From Lama glama (Eukaryota), in assembly GCA_028534125.1 (NCBI GenBank), contig CM052841.1:66898001-66962000 (forward strand): a stretch of 64,000 nt of DNA. The letters run 5' to 3'. Position 1 is the stretch's first letter. Each line of letters opens with the position of its first letter. Below the pieces are notes generated by a model. That model made no database searches, was not told where the DNA came from, and saw nothing but the letters and a program-made list of their open reading frames with translations. This document shows, one piece after another, positions 60,911 through 64,000 of the stretch. The translations under genes and the position numbers were made by a program.

Positions 60911-61813
60911 TGGGAATTTCCATTTTAAACAGTCGTCCTGGAGCAGAGCCGCTCCAGTGCCTTGTCCAAGCTGGGCTGGGATGAGGAGGGAATGAGATGA
61001 GCCCTCAGAGGGGCTTTTTATCATCCTTTTGTTCTGCCATAAAGTATCAAGCATTCCCACCAGCCAGATAAACCCCACCCAGACCCACTTCACCGTTCAC
61101 AAAGCGCTGGGAGCCCCGGCAAGGCACAGGCGGCCCGGGGCCATGCGCCCGCCCCCGCCAGTGGGCCAGTCCAGCCCGGCTCCTCTGCCACTGGCCCCTC
61201 CTCTCCTGGGTCTGGGCTCCACGTTCAGCAGCTCCGAGAGCAGGGACCTGGCCAGGGGCCTAAAGCCAGTGGCGGCAGGACTAAGAGCTCACCTGGGCCC
61301 CGGGTGGCTTGTGATGACCTCTAAGTTACCGGCTTCTCTTCTGGAATCCCTGCTCCTTCCAGGGCAAAGCTTTGGAAATGGCTGGGAGACGGGCTGGGTC
61401 TGCTGTGACGGGAGGCCTCCTCTGCAGTCCTCAGTCCCCAGGCTCACACTGGAGGCCGAGGGGGAAGCTCCCCAGCCAAGGTCGGGAGCCTGAGTCCACT
61501 CAGGCCTTGCTCTTTACCTGCCTTGGACTCAGTTTCTGTATCCACGAAATGGGTACACGAATGCCCCTCTCTGCTGCCTCCGCAGTATTTTGACTCCTAC
61601 CGCTTACCGCCACCTGAGACATGCTTGCTGGCTGACCTGTTTGCTTTCCATCTCTCTCGTCAAAAGTGGGGCTTCCAAGAGGGCAGGGACTTCATCACCG
61701 GCACCGCGTGATGAAGGGGTGAATGGCTGAACGCAGTGAACAAATGGCAATGCTGAATGGCAGTGTCCAGGAGCGAAGCGCCAGGGCTGACGGGCGTCCT
61801 CTCTGTCCTGCAG

Positions 61814-61941
61814 GGGGGCTTCGGGATCCTGGAGGAGATGTGCGTCAACTACGCGCACTACTACCCCCGGTCGCAGCTGGAGCTCTGCAAGAGTGCCGTG
61901 GACCCCGGCTTCCTGCAGAAGTTCTTCCACCTGGTGAACAG
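61814..61941 (+). CDS. DBH: DBH exon 10 (CuM Met ligand, EEMC)
   Basis: ctgcag|GGG; GGFGILEEMCVNYAHYYPRSQLELCKSAVDPGFLQKFFHLVNR; CAG|gtgacg; 128 nt. Confidence 0.97.
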
Positions 61942-62410
61942 GTGACGGCCCCACAGGGAGGGCGCTGCCCTGCTCTCCAGCCCTGGGTGTGGCCAGGGAG
62001 CCCCAGCCCAGAGCCCCCCATGCCCTGGTAGGCAGCTGGGGGAGAGTGAGGAGTCCAGGAGCGGGGTGAGCACAGATGTGGCCATCGTGCCTCCACTCTC
62101 CCATGAGGTGCCTGTGGCAGACATCACTAATTGATCCCCACTCTCACCTCCTGTTGAGTCTGGACTTGGCCTGAGAAGCTCCCTCCACCCAGCCCTACAG
62201 CAGCTACTTCCAGCTGATCCAAGGTGGAACGAGAGAAGTATACTGGCCATCGCTGGTGGGGAGGCAGGGCCAGGGCAGTGTGTTAGGAGGCTGGGGAGGA
62301 GGTGGCCTGAGGGCTGCTCTGGGGACCCCACCCCACCTGCAAGATGTGCACTGCTGAGCTCTCCTCCCCTCTGCCATATCCCACCCCGGGCTGTTCCTTC
62401 TCCCCACCAG

Positions 62411-62570
62411 GTTCAACAGCGAGGAAGTCTGCACCTGCCCTCAGGCCTCTGTGCCCGAGCAGTTTGCCTCTGTGCCCTGGAACTCCTTCAGCCGCCAAGT
62501 GCTCGGGGCCCTGTACGGCTTCGCCCCCATCTCCGTGCACTGCAACAAGTCCTCGGCCGTCCGCTTCCAG
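62411..62570 (+). CDS. DBH: DBH exon 11
   Basis: caccag|G; FNSEEVCTCPQASVPEQFASVPWNSFSRQVLGALYGFAPISVHCNKSSAVRFQ; CAG|gtaccc; 160 nt. Confidence 0.96.
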
Positions 62571-63515
62571 GTACCCCTGCCCAGGCAGTGTCAGGGGCGC
62601 GTGCAGCTGGGCCCCTGTCGCAGCGACGCCCTCCCCGCTTCCAGGTGCCCAGGGGCAGGTCTGCAGCTGCCCGCCCCGCTGTGTCCCGCGTCCCCCACCA
62701 AGAACGCCGGCCAGCGTGGGTGACGGGTCTCCCCCACAAGGAGCTGGCAAGAAGCACTCACACAGACATTTAGAGACCTGTGGGGGTGCAGACAGAGGGA
62801 GAAACTGACAGCCACCCCAGAAGGGCGCTCCCTTCAGTCACGGGGCTAATCTTGGTGGTGTGAGCCGGGCGCCAGCAGCCTCCCCCAGAGCCTAAAAATA
62901 AAGTGCGGAGGGAGGGGCAGGTGAGAATCCAAACAGTCTGAAACTGCAAGCTGGTTCCGCCTCCTTCTCTGAGACCCCCTGGGATTCAAAGGCATCTCAT
63001 TTACTCCCCTGGAGTTGCCTGTCGGAGGCTGAGGCCGGTGCTGAGGTCCGCAGCAAGGAGGCTGCAGCCTGCAGATCTGGGAGGCAGGTTTCCTGGAAGC
63101 CCTGGGGAGCTGGGTTGATTACTAAATCAAACAGTGCCAGCACCCAGGCGGGGCTGACACTGGCTCGTCCCAGTCGTTCGGGGCAGGTGTAGCCGTCAGA
63201 CGTGGTTAAACTGGCCCCTGATGCAGGCTTGCCGGGGTGGAGAGGGAGAATGGCTGAAACAGCCTGCACCCTGGGGCTTCCCGTTGCTTCTCTGAATAAA
63301 GTGAGGGGTGGGCAAGGAGGCAGATGGGGGTGCCCAGGATGACTCCCAGGTGAGGAACCCCAAGGGGCAATGGAGGGTGGGGAGCGGGTGAGTTGGGTTT
63401 GGGACAAGGTGAGTTGAAGGGCAAGAGCCCAAGAGGTCGCTGTGCGAAGTGTCTGGGGGGTGGCCCCCTGTGTTGCTCCCTCCAGCCTGTTTACCTCCTG
63501 GCCCCTCCCTCGCAG

Positions 63516-63647
63516 GGCGAGTGGGATCGACAGCCCCTGCCTGAGATCGTCTCCAAGCTGGAAGAGCCCTCCCCTCGCTGTGCAGCCAGCCGGCGCCAGA
63601 GCCCCGCCGGGCCCGCCGTGGTCAGCATCGGTGAGGGCGAGGGCTGA
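63516..63647 (+). CDS. DBH: DBH exon 12 (last coding exon); 3' UTR runs off the window
   Basis: tcgcag|GGC; GEWDRQPLPEIVSKLEEPSPRCAASRRQSPAGPAVVSIGEGEG then TGA. The 12 exons sum to 1833 nt = 610 aa + stop with consistent phases. Confidence 0.96.
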   Translation, partial: GEWDRQPLPEIVSKLEEPSPRCAASRRQSPAGPAVVSIGEGEG

Positions 63648-64000
63648 GCTCAGGCCGTCTCTTCCACCCCGCCCCTGTGGGCTCACACCAGCTCTGTGCA
63701 CCCCCACTCTGCGAAGACCCCCATTGAACAGCCGTGTGTGCCCTGGATGAGGGGCTGCGCCAAGCCCCTGCTGGAAGCCCGGTGCATTTAGTATTCTCAC
63801 CCCTGGGGGCCCCCTGCATGGCTGAGACAGCCCCGGGCCCGCTCCCTGTTGACACGCCCAGGACTGGGTGGACCAAGGCCTCTGCACGGCTTTGTGATGT
63901 AACGTAAGGATAACCCCCTCGGAGGTCTAGAGTCCAGCGCCCCGAAAGCCCTGTCATCTCGCTGAGAGGGGCCGGCCTCCCGGGCCACGGGCCACACCTG

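Noticed and set aside
60059-60923. ORFs with 11-aa repeats (LTARGPLPWGT etc.)
   Set aside because: Produced by the 33-bp minisatellite, whose unit is a multiple of three; open in several frames with no splice or start evidence.
60000-63000. Ortholog of the human antisense lncRNA DBH-AS1
   Set aside because: Cannot be supported from sequence alone; needs transcript data.

Overview
GC-rich mammalian genomic window, not microbial. It holds, in order: the last coding exon and 3' UTR of ADAMTSL2 (+); the complete FAM163B gene (-), with two coding exons and a probable non-coding first exon in a CpG island at about 29.7-30.5 kb; and the complete 12-exon coding region of dopamine beta-hydroxylase, DBH (+, 1833 nt, 610 aa, all GT-AG, copper ligands intact), with its Phox2-type proximal promoter. 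This gene order matches human 9q34.2 as I recall it. The MQVPSPS N-terminus of DBH and a tRNA-Ala-derived Vic-1-like SINE suggest a camelid (inference). The rest is intron/intergenic DNA with MIR, L2, L1, MER5 and Tigger fossils, simple repeats, two minisatellites and two N gaps. I see no new protein-coding system. The best leads are regulatory: a spliced uORF/stop-start/overlapping-ORF cassette in the FAM163B leader, a near-perfect RE1/NRSE at the FAM163B promoter, a G-quadruplex-versus-hairpin arrangement over the DBH 39-nt exon 8 acceptor, a TFAP2-motif minisatellite, and a strong AT-to-GC shift in transposon fossils. Ortholog and repeat-consensus comparisons are from memory and need confirming by alignment.
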